32,000 bases of DNA from Candidatus Hermodarchaeota archaeon. Lineage in GTDB: Archaea > Asgardarchaeota > Heimdallarchaeia > Hodarchaeales > Hodarchaeaceae. Shown in pieces: positions 17,303 through 26,643 of this stretch. The stretch spans positions 30,001 through 62,000 of the forward strand of contig JBHLKY010000017.1 in assembly GCA_048886185.1 (NCBI GenBank), written 5' to 3'. A program made the translations under genes and the position numbers. The notes below the pieces were generated by a model, which was not told the DNA's origin, did not search any database, and was given only the letters and a program-made list of their open reading frames with translations. Numbering within the stretch: position 1 is the stretch's first letter; the number at the start of each line of letters is the position of its first letter.

Positions 17303-18840
17303 AAATTATGGCTAAAGGATCGATCCTGAAATTTCAGAGGGTTAAATACTCGATCGAGAGCATTCCCAATAAACATGAATGACGCTGCTATCAATACGAT
17401 ACATACTCCAGGGGGGATGATGACCCACCAGGCCAGATTGTGAAATCCTGCCTCAAAGTGAGCTTCTGCTAACATGAATCCCCACGATAGCCAAGTAGTC
17501 AATTGTTTAGAGCGTCTATCCAAATCAGGAGATGATAAGCTTTCAATGGGATAATCTAAAAACGATAATCCAGCTTCTATGTTTATAGCATTGGCAGCAT
17601 TTGTTGTGAATTCAACAAAGATAAGCCCAAGAATATTGGGGAGAATGTACCTGAACATGATATACCAATCACTCGCACCAGAGGCTCTTGCAGACTCAAT
17701 ATAGAGTTGTTCACGTTCTACAATTACCTTCGATCGAATGACTCGGGCAGTTGTTGGCCAAGCAAATAATGCTATCACATAAGGAAGGAAGAAGAGCGAG
17801 ATCTGAAATTGAGATGCGAGTAAAAAAATAATGAGTAAGTTAGGATAAACAAGGAGTAAATCCACCACTCGCATTGTAATGGTGTCAAGTAATCCACCAG
17901 CACGATAGCCTGTAATGACCCCAATTATCACACCCATAACCAGAGAGGTCATTCCTGCTAAGAAGGCTACAAAAAATGACGCTTGGATGCTATAACAGAG
18001 CTGTACAAATACGTCCTGCCCTAGATGATTAGAACCCATTAATCCATGTGTTGGACGATATACATAAAGTACAACGTTGTCGAACCATATTTCAATAGAC
18101 CCAACGGCAGCAGGGTTCGTGTACCGAAATTCCACCCCAATTTCGATGTGTACAGTCGAATTGGGCTGAAGAAGGTAATACAACTGAACCCAGGTGAGGT
18201 ATCGTGTATATAACATCCATTCAGTGTGCTGTGGAGGAAGTAAAATGAAATTTGTAGATTGAGGAGGGATTGAAGCCCCCTCAGGAAGGTGGAGTTTGAT
18301 ATAGGGAGAAAACGAACTACTTATATTCCCAGTCACCTTAGTTTTCATGTGCCATGTAAGCGAAGCATTAGTAGGTGGGATATAATTCCATGGAAAAAAC
18401 AGGTCTCCTTTAATGTTTCCTTGATGATTGAGGATAGTGCTATTATCTACGAGAGAAAAGCGAACTGATCTAGACCCAGTAATGAAATCAGTTGTATCAT
18501 AATGACTTTCCATGACAGATGGGTCTGAAACATTGAAAGACCAACTATCGGTCTTTGAAAATTTCGAATCTGGCACAATGTTCCCTGTACCAGGAACTAA
18601 ACTCTCAGGAAATAATCCAATCCAAATCGGAGGAAGATACTCTGAAGTCACATACGAATCCAAACCTCTTGCAGGCGGAAGTGCCCCAATATCGGCTAGA
18701 ATCGGGACACCAATACCCATTATACCAAAGAAAATAAGCATAAACAGACCGAACATACCCCGTTTTTCTTTAGAAAAAGCATGAATCTTCTCTTTAATCC
18801 GCTCGTTACGACTTTTCCGGAATTTCATCGTTTTTTTCAC
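17293..18840 (-). CDS. DppC/OppC-like peptide ABC permease with large extracytoplasmic insert (paralog 2)
   Basis: Same motifs as paralog 1. Start revised from 18861 to GTG 18840 because GGTGTTTTCTA-GTGAAAAAAAC mirrors GGTGTATTTTA-GTGAAAAAAAAC at the paralog 1 start. 3' end overlaps the AKR gene by 10 nt. Confidence 0.9.
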   Translation of the reverse strand: MKKTMKFRKSRNERIKEKIHAFSKEKRGMFGLFMLIFFGIMGIGVPILADIGALPPARGLDSYVTSEYLPPIWIGLFPESLVPGTGNIVPDSKFSKTDSWSFNVSDPSVMESHYDTTDFITGSRSVRFSLVDNSTILNHQGNIKGDLFFPWNYIPPTNASLTWHMKTKVTGNISSSFSPYIKLHLPEGASIPPQSTNFILLPPQHTEWMLYTRYLTWVQLYYLLQPNSTVHIEIGVEFRYTNPAAVGSIEIWFDNVVLYVYRPTHGLMGSNHLGQDVFVQLCYSIQASFFVAFLAGMTSLVMGVIIGVITGYRAGGLLDTITMRVVDLLLVYPNLLIIFLLASQFQISLFFLPYVIALFAWPTTARVIRSKVIVEREQLYIESARASGASDWYIMFRYILPNILGLIFVEFTTNAANAINIEAGLSFLDYPIESLSSPDLDRRSKQLTTWLSWGFMLAEAHFEAGFHNLAWWVIIPPGVCIVLIAASFMFIGNALDRVFNPLKFQDRSFSHNFYE

Positions 18841-19067
18841 TAGAAAACACCGATTATTCAATTAAGATTCTTGTAAAATAGTTGGATCGAACAGAGAGGG
18901 AGTAAAGATGTAATATTCCTATTAATCTAAGGACATATTTCAAACGCTTTTATTTATACTAAGCTTAAAAAGTCTTCATATGATTGCAATCGCTGTTTTC
19001 CAGTATGGGTAAATTTTATCCTCAACTGAACTTAAGTGTTGGCGAGAAGCTGATAATAATGGCACTT

Positions 19068-20351
19068 CTAAGATGTAGCAATAACTTCTTGCTTTTTCCT
19101 CACTCTTTCATTTCTCAAAATTCTTAGAGCAACAATAACTTGAATTAAAACAAAGAATCCTGCAACGAAAAAGGGGATACCGCCTCCGAAGAATCTATAT
19201 TCGATTAAAATTATTTCTAACGACTGTGAAACAAACAATTCGTAAATCCATGCTCCAATAATTGGACCAAATGTAGCACCAACGTTAAATGCTGATTGTA
19301 TCCGTCCCATTACCTTTCCCCTGACTAATGGAGGGATTTTATCTGCTTGAAACGCACGATAAGCTGGAATATAAGCCTGAAAAGCGGTGGAGCGAAATAT
19401 GAAAAAGATAATTGCCACAATGAGTGTTGTACTTAATGAAACTCCAATAAAAGCAAGACCTGTGAAAATCATTCCTACCCAAACAATTTGCATTCTTTCG
19501 ATTTTATCACTTAATTTTCCTGCTGGATAATTTACCAATAGGGCTATACTTCCGCTGATAGTGAAAATAAACCCAATTGTGCCTTCTGTCAAAGAAAAAG
19601 CATCAGTCATATGTAGTGTAAATATGGGGATGATTAAACCAATAGAAAAGCCACTTAAAACTCCTACAAACAAGAAAGATTTTAGATAGGGTGTTATTAC
19701 TGTATGTTTATCAGTGATCTCATCTGTGATTAATTTCTCAATTGTTTCTTGGTTAAAAATATCTTCAATAAAGATAATCACTGATAAGAGAGATGCGAAT
19801 CCAAGAAGACCAGTGACCGTAAAAGGGACAGTGAATGCTGCTAACGTATCAAGGAAAAAAATATCTGTTCCAACGGTAAATAATATTCCACCCAGAGCTG
19901 GACCAATGATAAATCCAAAATTAAATGTTGTAAAATATTTACCCATCCAAGCACCTCGATCTCTCATTGGTACCGAATCAACAAGTAAAGCTTCAGCGGT
20001 TGGAAATACTGCTCCTGCAGCAGCCCCTTCAATTATCCTTAAGAAGAATAACCAAAAAAAATCTCGGGCAAAACCAAGCATAGTTGTGGTTATGGAATAA
20101 AAAAGAAGAGCAATAATCAATATTTTTCTTCTACCAACCTTATCTGAAATATCTGGGATAATAGCGGATGAAATTGCACGAGCTACCATAAAAATTGAAA
20201 TTATGACCCCAATCTCGAGGGGACGTAATCGAATTTCGTCAGCAAGCAAGGTAATGAATATTGCTAGTAGTCCAAAGCCGATATTTACAATTTGAGAAGC
20301 GAAGAGAAGCATATAAGCATTTCTGATCGATATTTTCGGAATCAACATCAC
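19068..20351 (-). CDS. MFS transporter (DHA1/TetA-like)
   Basis: Motif A ISDKVGRR and LSDKIERM, motif B FFLRIIEG, motif C GFIIGPALGG, ~12 TM helices. Confidence 0.9.
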   Translation of the reverse strand: MMLIPKISIRNAYMLLFASQIVNIGFGLLAIFITLLADEIRLRPLEIGVIISIFMVARAISSAIIPDISDKVGRRKILIIALLFYSITTTMLGFARDFFWLFFLRIIEGAAAGAVFPTAEALLVDSVPMRDRGAWMGKYFTTFNFGFIIGPALGGILFTVGTDIFFLDTLAAFTVPFTVTGLLGFASLLSVIIFIEDIFNQETIEKLITDEITDKHTVITPYLKSFLFVGVLSGFSIGLIIPIFTLHMTDAFSLTEGTIGFIFTISGSIALLVNYPAGKLSDKIERMQIVWVGMIFTGLAFIGVSLSTTLIVAIIFFIFRSTAFQAYIPAYRAFQADKIPPLVRGKVMGRIQSAFNVGATFGPIIGAWIYELFVSQSLEIILIEYRFFGGGIPFFVAGFFVLIQVIVALRILRNERVRKKQEVIATS

Positions 20352-20380
20352 TGAATCACTTTTTGGAAATTTCCAATTGT

Positions 20381-21631
20381 TTAAAAGACTTTTCGTTTCT
20401 TTTTGAGAATTTTTTGGGTTGTTTTTACTGAAAGATTTCTTTGAGACTGATCAATTTTAATAAAAAGCACAATGACGATCAATGTACCAATAAATGTTAT
20501 CAAGAGTAGAGGCGAAAAACCAGCAGATTCATTATTTGTTAAAGTTGTTACATTCGAAAAGATAAAACCAGCAATAGCTGCACTAGGTACACCTCCTAAA
20601 CGTTGAATGAAAGACAGAATTCCATAATTGGTTGAAACTGCTGAAGGATCTAACTCAATAAAACTTAAAATAACTGAAGGTCTCCAAAATGCCACGCTAA
20701 TGCCCAACATCGCATAAGCAAAAATCAAAACTTCTTCTTGCTGAATAGCAATTGAAAAAAAGGTCAAAATAATCCACAAAATGCCAGCTATCTCTCCCAT
20801 TATTAATCCAAAGAGGCGCCCAAAACGATCTACTAATGAACCAGCAGGATATTGAAAAATTACAAGGATAACATTTAATGTTAAGTTTAACGTAGCAATG
20901 AATGAAACATCAACACCAAAAAGAATAATATAAATGCCATTGGCTATCGATAGAGGCAGTCCCCACACAAATGTATCAAGAAAGAAGGCAATTGCAGTTA
21001 AACGAGACTGTGGATTCTTAAATATATCAATGAAGGGAAAAGAAATCAGATTCTTATTTGGAGCAACATCACGCAATAATAAGAAATTAAAAATAATTCC
21101 AAAAACAAAGAGAATAAAACTAATTTGAAAATAGATAACGAATTCACTGTAAATTTCGTTCTGAATCATAAAGGAAGCAATTATACCAGCAATAGAAGAC
21201 GAGTTGTAAACAATGGAATAAGCTAAACCACGTTTTTTGATTGCAGATTCATGAATGAGTCCTTGTAGAGGGGGATCATAAATACCAATGCCTAGATTGA
21301 AAATAATGATACTAATCACTGATATCCATACTTCTGAGCTCCCAATAGAAAGGCCAAGGATACCTAATATGCTGATAATCTGCCCAACAATAATAAATCT
21401 TTTTCTCCCTGAAATATCTGCAGCGAATCCGAGTAGTAGAGGAAGTACAACAGAGAAACTTCCGATTGAAATAATATACCCTAAAATTTGAGCTGCTTCA
21501 GGAGTAGCACCATATATGTTCAAGAGGTAAGGTTGAATACTTATTACATAAATAGAATTGACAAATCCCCACAAGAAGTGAGTCACCGTCAAAGTAATAA
21601 TGTTCAGATGAAGAAAACTCGGCATTCTCAC
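20381..21631 (-). CDS. MFS transporter
   Basis: Motif A AADISGRK and LVDRFGRL, ~12 TM helices. Confidence 0.85.
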   Translation of the reverse strand: MRMPSFLHLNIITLTVTHFLWGFVNSIYVISIQPYLLNIYGATPEAAQILGYIISIGSFSVVLPLLLGFAADISGRKRFIIVGQIISILGILGLSIGSSEVWISVISIIIFNLGIGIYDPPLQGLIHESAIKKRGLAYSIVYNSSSIAGIIASFMIQNEIYSEFVIYFQISFILFVFGIIFNFLLLRDVAPNKNLISFPFIDIFKNPQSRLTAIAFFLDTFVWGLPLSIANGIYIILFGVDVSFIATLNLTLNVILVIFQYPAGSLVDRFGRLFGLIMGEIAGILWIILTFFSIAIQQEEVLIFAYAMLGISVAFWRPSVILSFIELDPSAVSTNYGILSFIQRLGGVPSAAIAGFIFSNVTTLTNNESAGFSPLLLITFIGTLIVIVLFIKIDQSQRNLSVKTTQKILKKKRKVF

Positions 21632-21778
21632 TGATTTGGTTCTCCGAAGTCATAAGTAGTTGGGTAAGCCGATTCTAAGCTCCTAGAACAAGTAATTTTT
21701 TATTTGAGGGTGGGAGAGGGGCAGTAATTTCTTTTTTAAGTGGATTATTCTTAGATGAAAATTCTTGTTTAGATTATT

Positions 21779-22999
21779 TTACCAAACCTGCTTAAGGAGT
21801 CGTAAAGCATTACCTCCGATGATTTTAGCAATCTCTTGATCAGAGTACCCATGTTTAACAAGCCATCGAGTAATATTAGTCATACACTCAGTTGGATTCT
21901 CCATCCCTTGAACATAATCTGGTAATAAATTAACATTTAAATCGCCTGTGTGTCTTGAATAATGACCTAATCCCGCACTTTTATATTCATCTTCAACTAG
22001 GTGATAATACCCCACATGATCTCCATAGAGGGTATCAGGTCCGCAGCCAACATGATCAATACCCATTAACTCAATACAATATTCAAGATGATCCATATAA
22101 GTGTTTATGCTAGGAATAGGATGTTCTGTAGTAGCAGTATACCCTGGAGCAGCTTCGATTCCTATAATCCCATTTTTTTCACCTAAAGCCTGAAGAACTT
22201 CATCTGGGAATAAACGTCTTATTGGTAACAGTGTTCGGGCACCTGCGTGAGAGACAACTATTGGCTTTGTGCTGGATTCGATAGTATCCAATGCTGTCTG
22301 ATCGCTTACATGACTGACATCAATGAGCATCTTTACCTTATTCATCCGAATAATGCAATCATACCCAAAATCTGTTAATCCCCCATCACGTAATTCGTTC
22401 AAACCAGTACCAAGCATGTTTGATTCGCTGTAATTAAGACCGATTGATCTAATCCCAAGCCCATATAGAATGTCGATCCGATCCACTTCATTCTCAACAC
22501 ATGAAGCAGATTCTAATACTGCAATCCAAGCTATTTTTCCAGTTTTATGAGCTGTGATGATATCTTCTACTTTTTTACAATGAATAACAAAATCCTGATG
22601 TGCAATATCACATAATCTTTGTCCCAAATCATGAATCGTATCAGTCCACTTCCATCCATGTTTGGAAGTAATGAGTGAACTTCCATTCATCAGATTATCA
22701 AACACAGCATCTAAGCTAGAGTGAGCTAGAGCTTCGTAGGCGGTAAATTCTCTCCCCTCCTTCCACATCTCGATTGATTGGCGTGAATCCTCTGGCATAA
22801 TCACTGGATGTTCATGAAGATCGATCAGAATATTGTTTTCAAGAATCTCGTCAACCCTTTCCTCCTCAGATTTTGAAACAGGAACCTTATACGCCCATTC
22901 TTCCTTGATGGCTTTTCTCAGTTTGAACGATTTATAATCTGTATCTGGACATAAATATTGAAATGCCTTATAACCATTATATTTCTTATTTCTACCCAT
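21779..22999 (-). CDS. Membrane dipeptidase family (peptidase M19, amidohydrolase fold)
   Basis: LIDLHEH, VLES, GIRSIGLNY, GLTDFG..I.RMN, IDVSHVS, SHAG, IDHVGCGPD. Confidence 0.9.
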   Translation of the reverse strand: MGRNKKYNGYKAFQYLCPDTDYKSFKLRKAIKEEWAYKVPVSKSEEERVDEILENNILIDLHEHPVIMPEDSRQSIEMWKEGREFTAYEALAHSSLDAVFDNLMNGSSLITSKHGWKWTDTIHDLGQRLCDIAHQDFVIHCKKVEDIITAHKTGKIAWIAVLESASCVENEVDRIDILYGLGIRSIGLNYSESNMLGTGLNELRDGGLTDFGYDCIIRMNKVKMLIDVSHVSDQTALDTIESSTKPIVVSHAGARTLLPIRRLFPDEVLQALGEKNGIIGIEAAPGYTATTEHPIPSINTYMDHLEYCIELMGIDHVGCGPDTLYGDHVGYYHLVEDEYKSAGLGHYSRHTGDLNVNLLPDYVQGMENPTECMTNITRWLVKHGYSDQEIAKIIGGNALRLLKQVW

Positions 23000-23193
23000 T
23001 GGAGTTCATACCTCACGTTTTTCGCAGATTGAGATGTTTGGGTTACTACTAAAAATTAAACCTTCGACACCAGTGAGTTCAATCCTCAATCATTTGTAAC
23101 ACCTTAGTTACCAAGGAAGTTTTAATAATGACCTCGCTTAAACGTGTCTAGTTATCTATCATTGAGGTAGAATCCTAAAGGACGCATCTGAAG

Positions 23194-24060
23194 ATGTCAA
23201 ATAGAATGTTAACAGTTCTGAAAGCAAATATTACTAGAAATTTACGGATCGATTGGAAATATAAGTTGAATTTCATCACAGACTTAGCGTGGCTTGCTGT
23301 AGATGTTATAACATTCCTCTTCCTGGGACAAGTCGTCGCTTCGAGTGATATTGATAATTTTCTTTATGAAGGCTTGCTAAAAGAATTTTTAGTTGTGGGG
23401 GTGATTTATTGGGTTATTTTTACGAGAGCTTATAAAGATGGAGTTTCTGTGATACCCAATGAAGCAGCTCTAGGAGCATTAGGATTCATTATAACCAATG
23501 ATATTACTTTAAGTGATCTAATAGCAGGCCAATTTTCCTCTAGTACTATCAAGACATCAGTGACTCTCATTATATTCGTGTTACCGATTGTATTCATATT
23601 ATCAAACATTCCAATTGGAGAAACTACAATTTTGCGACCTCTAATTTTATCTCCTCTTGAGATTATCATTTTTACCTTATTAATCCTCCTTATCTCCTGG
23701 ATCTTTATGTTAGGAATTACAATTCTTGCTTCTACTATTAATGTGATTTTTAAAAAGAGCGGACCATTAACATTTTTACTATCTTATCTCCTCACAATGC
23801 TAAGTGGATACTTCTTTCCTCTTGAAGTCCTACGAACATTCGGTTTAGCAGAACTAGAGCGAGTTTTACATTTAATTCCAACCACAGATATGCTCTATAG
23901 CCTACGATCTATGCTAATTATTGGTAAGATTCCTTCTAATATTCTTTTTACTATTATTGTCAATGGATTTATTTCAGTTGTCTTGCTTACGCTAGCTATG
24001 CTCATCATGAGGAAGGTTACACGAAAAGCGGCGTATAGTGGAACATTAGAGTTTTATTAA
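23194..24060 (+). CDS. ABC-2 type exporter permease
   Basis: ~6 TM helices, LSGYFFPLEVL and HLIPTT motifs typical of ABC-2 permeases; co-oriented with the downstream ATPase. Confidence 0.85.
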   Translation: MSNRMLTVLKANITRNLRIDWKYKLNFITDLAWLAVDVITFLFLGQVVASSDIDNFLYEGLLKEFLVVGVIYWVIFTRAYKDGVSVIPNEAALGALGFIITNDITLSDLIAGQFSSSTIKTSVTLIIFVLPIVFILSNIPIGETTILRPLILSPLEIIIFTLLILLISWIFMLGITILASTINVIFKKSGPLTFLLSYLLTMLSGYFFPLEVLRTFGLAELERVLHLIPTTDMLYSLRSMLIIGKIPSNILFTIIVNGFISVVLLTLAMLIMRKVTRKAAYSGTLEFY

Positions 24061-24076
24061 GGAGAGATGTTTTACA

Positions 24077-25045
24077 ATGACACAAATTGGCGATCGAGAA
24101 ATTATCGTAAAAGACATCCATAAATTCTTTGGAGAAAAACACGTGCTAAAGGGAATTGATTTTCATTTACCTGATGGAGAGAATTTAGCTATTATTGGGC
24201 CAAATGGAAGTGGTAAAACTACGCTTTTGAGAACACTAGCCAGTATTTACCTTCCTGACAAAGGCTCCATACGTATTGGTCCTTATGACCTTGTCACTCA
24301 AACACCCCAAGCGAGAAGATTATTATCCTATGTTTCTCCCAATCTCTCATTCCACAAGAAATTAACACTCAGAGAGACCCTTGAGTACTTTGCTGAATTA
24401 CAGGGTGTTTCATGGAAAAAACAACAAGAATTAATGGATGAAATTGATCTTACAAGAATGCTTGATTCTCCTATTGAAGGATTCTCCGAAGGACAAAAGG
24501 CTATGACCCGCTTTTTGATCGCACTAATGAAAAATCCCAAAATTCTTGTACTTGATGAAATCACAGCTACCCTTGACGTTAAGAAAAAAGAATCTATCAT
24601 TCAATATATTTACGAATTAGACAAAAAACGAGGATTAACAATTCTTTTGATAGATCATGATCCCAGTGTTGTTGACCGTCTCTGTGAAAAGTTGTTATTA
24701 CTGACTCAAGATGGGAAAGTCATGAAATATGGAAATACTTCAAAAATTATCAAACAAATTCCATATGCTTATGATGTAAAAGTCGTCCCCCACCCTTCTG
24801 TGGACATCAATGAGTTTGTTAAAGAGCTAGGATTTGCTTACAGAATTATGGGTCAGATGTGTCAATTTTATGCGGAAACGAAGAAAGAAGTTGATGAAAT
24901 AACATCAGAATTACTCAACAGGCAAGAAGAAGATATCCTTGAGTTTAGTGTCTCTGGATTAAGTATGGAAGATGTTTATTGGCATTGGCTCCTCTTACTG
25001 GACATCCCAATTGAGGATAGAACAAAAGAATTAAATTTTGGATAA
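24077..25045 (+). CDS. ABC-2 type ATP-binding protein
   Basis: GPNGSGKTT, signature variant FSEGQ, LVLDEITATLD, IDHD, C-terminal SMEDVY. Confidence 0.9.
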   Translation: MTQIGDREIIVKDIHKFFGEKHVLKGIDFHLPDGENLAIIGPNGSGKTTLLRTLASIYLPDKGSIRIGPYDLVTQTPQARRLLSYVSPNLSFHKKLTLRETLEYFAELQGVSWKKQQELMDEIDLTRMLDSPIEGFSEGQKAMTRFLIALMKNPKILVLDEITATLDVKKKESIIQYIYELDKKRGLTILLIDHDPSVVDRLCEKLLLLTQDGKVMKYGNTSKIIKQIPYAYDVKVVPHPSVDINEFVKELGFAYRIMGQMCQFYAETKKEVDEITSELLNRQEEDILEFSVSGLSMEDVYWHWLLLLDIPIEDRTKELNFG

Positions 25046-25236
25046 TTTACCTTTCTGTACATTTCTATTTTTATTTTATAATCTCATGATTCTAAAACTC
25101 TAAAAATTCTTCTAAACAAAGCAAAGATAATTTTAGAACTCGTAATTATTGCCATATCCCAAAAATTAATATTTATACAGCCATGATATCTCATGCTGAT
25201 TAATTCCCTGAATTTTTCTTTCATGAGTGACAATTT

Positions 25237-26571
25237 ATGAGTGAACCAAGAGAAGAAGCATTGACAACAAGAATTTTGAATCTGCAAACCAAAAGCTTAC
25301 TTATTCGATATGTGTTTACAGATTTCACTAGGTTAATCGCTTTCAGTATTTCTGGGATGTTTATTATCCTATATTTACTAGATACTTTAGAACCAACAGA
25401 AGCTGGCATCTTATTTGCTATTAGCTATCTTATAATTGCCTTAATTGACTATCCAACTGGTGTGCTAGGAGACATCATTGGATATCGCAAAGTAATGATT
25501 GTTGCCTACTTTTTTCATATATTATCGTTTATCTTTTTATTAGTCTCGGATTCGTTCATTCCTCTTCTAGTTTATAGTGGTCTATCTGCGATCGGGGCAT
25601 CCCAAGAATCAGGTGCACTGGAATCATGGTTTGATAATAGTTATCATCAACTCGCGGATGATCCTGACCGTGAGAAATACAAGTCGTTTCAGGCAAAAAG
25701 ATCACTAGTTAGCCAGTTTTTATATGGGATTTCATTTGTAATTGGTGGATTAATCGCTCAATATTTCTCAAGAAAGATTTTATTTGGAGTTTCATTACTT
25801 TTAGTTTTGATTGTCTTCATTCTTGTAAGCATCACAGTTAAGGACAGTTACTTGAATAAAACGGATTTTACTCCAAGAATCTACTTTCAACAATTTTTTT
25901 CTGGTTTTAAATTTCTATTTTCACAAAAAGGAATCTTTTTATTTTTTATAGGATCAACAGTTATCTGGGCAGCTAATAACAGTATTTGGGTTAATTTTCT
26001 ATTGTTTCCGACCTATGAAAGCTACGCTGGAGGACAAGATAATTTCACAGCAATGCTTAGAGCGTTGATGTTCGCATCAGGAGTATTCTGGCAGCTGTTT
26101 ATTGTTAAATATATCTCTAAGATCAAACGTGTGAAACTGTGGATCCTTATCACAACAACATTATCCAATCCAGCATTTTTTTTTCTTGTATATCTCTATT
26201 ATATCCAGTTCCCGCCTGTTGGACTACAAATTTCACTAATTTTTGGTTTATTTTTAATATTTCAATTACCTGGAATGTGGGAATCACTAGAATTTATTTT
26301 AAGAAATCGATTAAATCTGGATTTGGTTCCAGATGAAATAAGGAATGGAATTTATTCACTTCTACCTACCTTATCAACTGTGATTGGAATACCTGGAGCA
26401 TTAATGGGAGGATATGTCTTAAATATCTATGACTTTACAACCGCTATCTTTGTCACAGGCATCTTTAGCAGTATTGGGGTAATTATCACAGGGATTGGTT
26501 TAGCATTGTTACCCAGAATTAGTGAAAGAATGGGGAATTCTAATACCAAAAAGAATTCTGCTGACCCATAA
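25237..26571 (+). CDS. MFS transporter
   Basis: DYPTGVLGDIIGYRK motif A variant, SGALESW, PDEIRNGIYS, ~12 TM helices. Confidence 0.85.
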   Translation: MSEPREEALTTRILNLQTKSLLIRYVFTDFTRLIAFSISGMFIILYLLDTLEPTEAGILFAISYLIIALIDYPTGVLGDIIGYRKVMIVAYFFHILSFIFLLVSDSFIPLLVYSGLSAIGASQESGALESWFDNSYHQLADDPDREKYKSFQAKRSLVSQFLYGISFVIGGLIAQYFSRKILFGVSLLLVLIVFILVSITVKDSYLNKTDFTPRIYFQQFFSGFKFLFSQKGIFLFFIGSTVIWAANNSIWVNFLLFPTYESYAGGQDNFTAMLRALMFASGVFWQLFIVKYISKIKRVKLWILITTTLSNPAFFFLVYLYYIQFPPVGLQISLIFGLFLIFQLPGMWESLEFILRNRLNLDLVPDEIRNGIYSLLPTLSTVIGIPGALMGGYVLNIYDFTTAIFVTGIFSSIGVIITGIGLALLPRISERMGNSNTKKNSADP

Positions 26572-26643
26572 GGTTTTACACAATGATAACTTAATAAATG
26601 CAAAAATCATTTCAAAAGCTATCAAATTCATGAGAGGTATTGA

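Noticed and set aside
21706-21721. G-rich tract GAGGGTGGGAGAGGGG as a G-quadruplex
   Set aside because: Only three G runs; on the minus strand it is a pyrimidine tract downstream of the dipeptidase gene, more simply a terminator-adjacent sequence.
23025-23097. tRNA-like segment: T-arm-like hairpin TGAG-TTCAATC-CTCA (23074-23088) and a partly pairing acceptor-like stem
   Set aside because: No U8/A14, no D-stem, no anticodon stem and no CCA; treated as a chance T-loop mimic.
24077-25045. Degenerate ABC signature FSEGQ suggesting an inactive ATPase
   Set aside because: FSxG variants are common in functional ABC-2 family ATPases; Walker A, Walker B and H-loop are intact.
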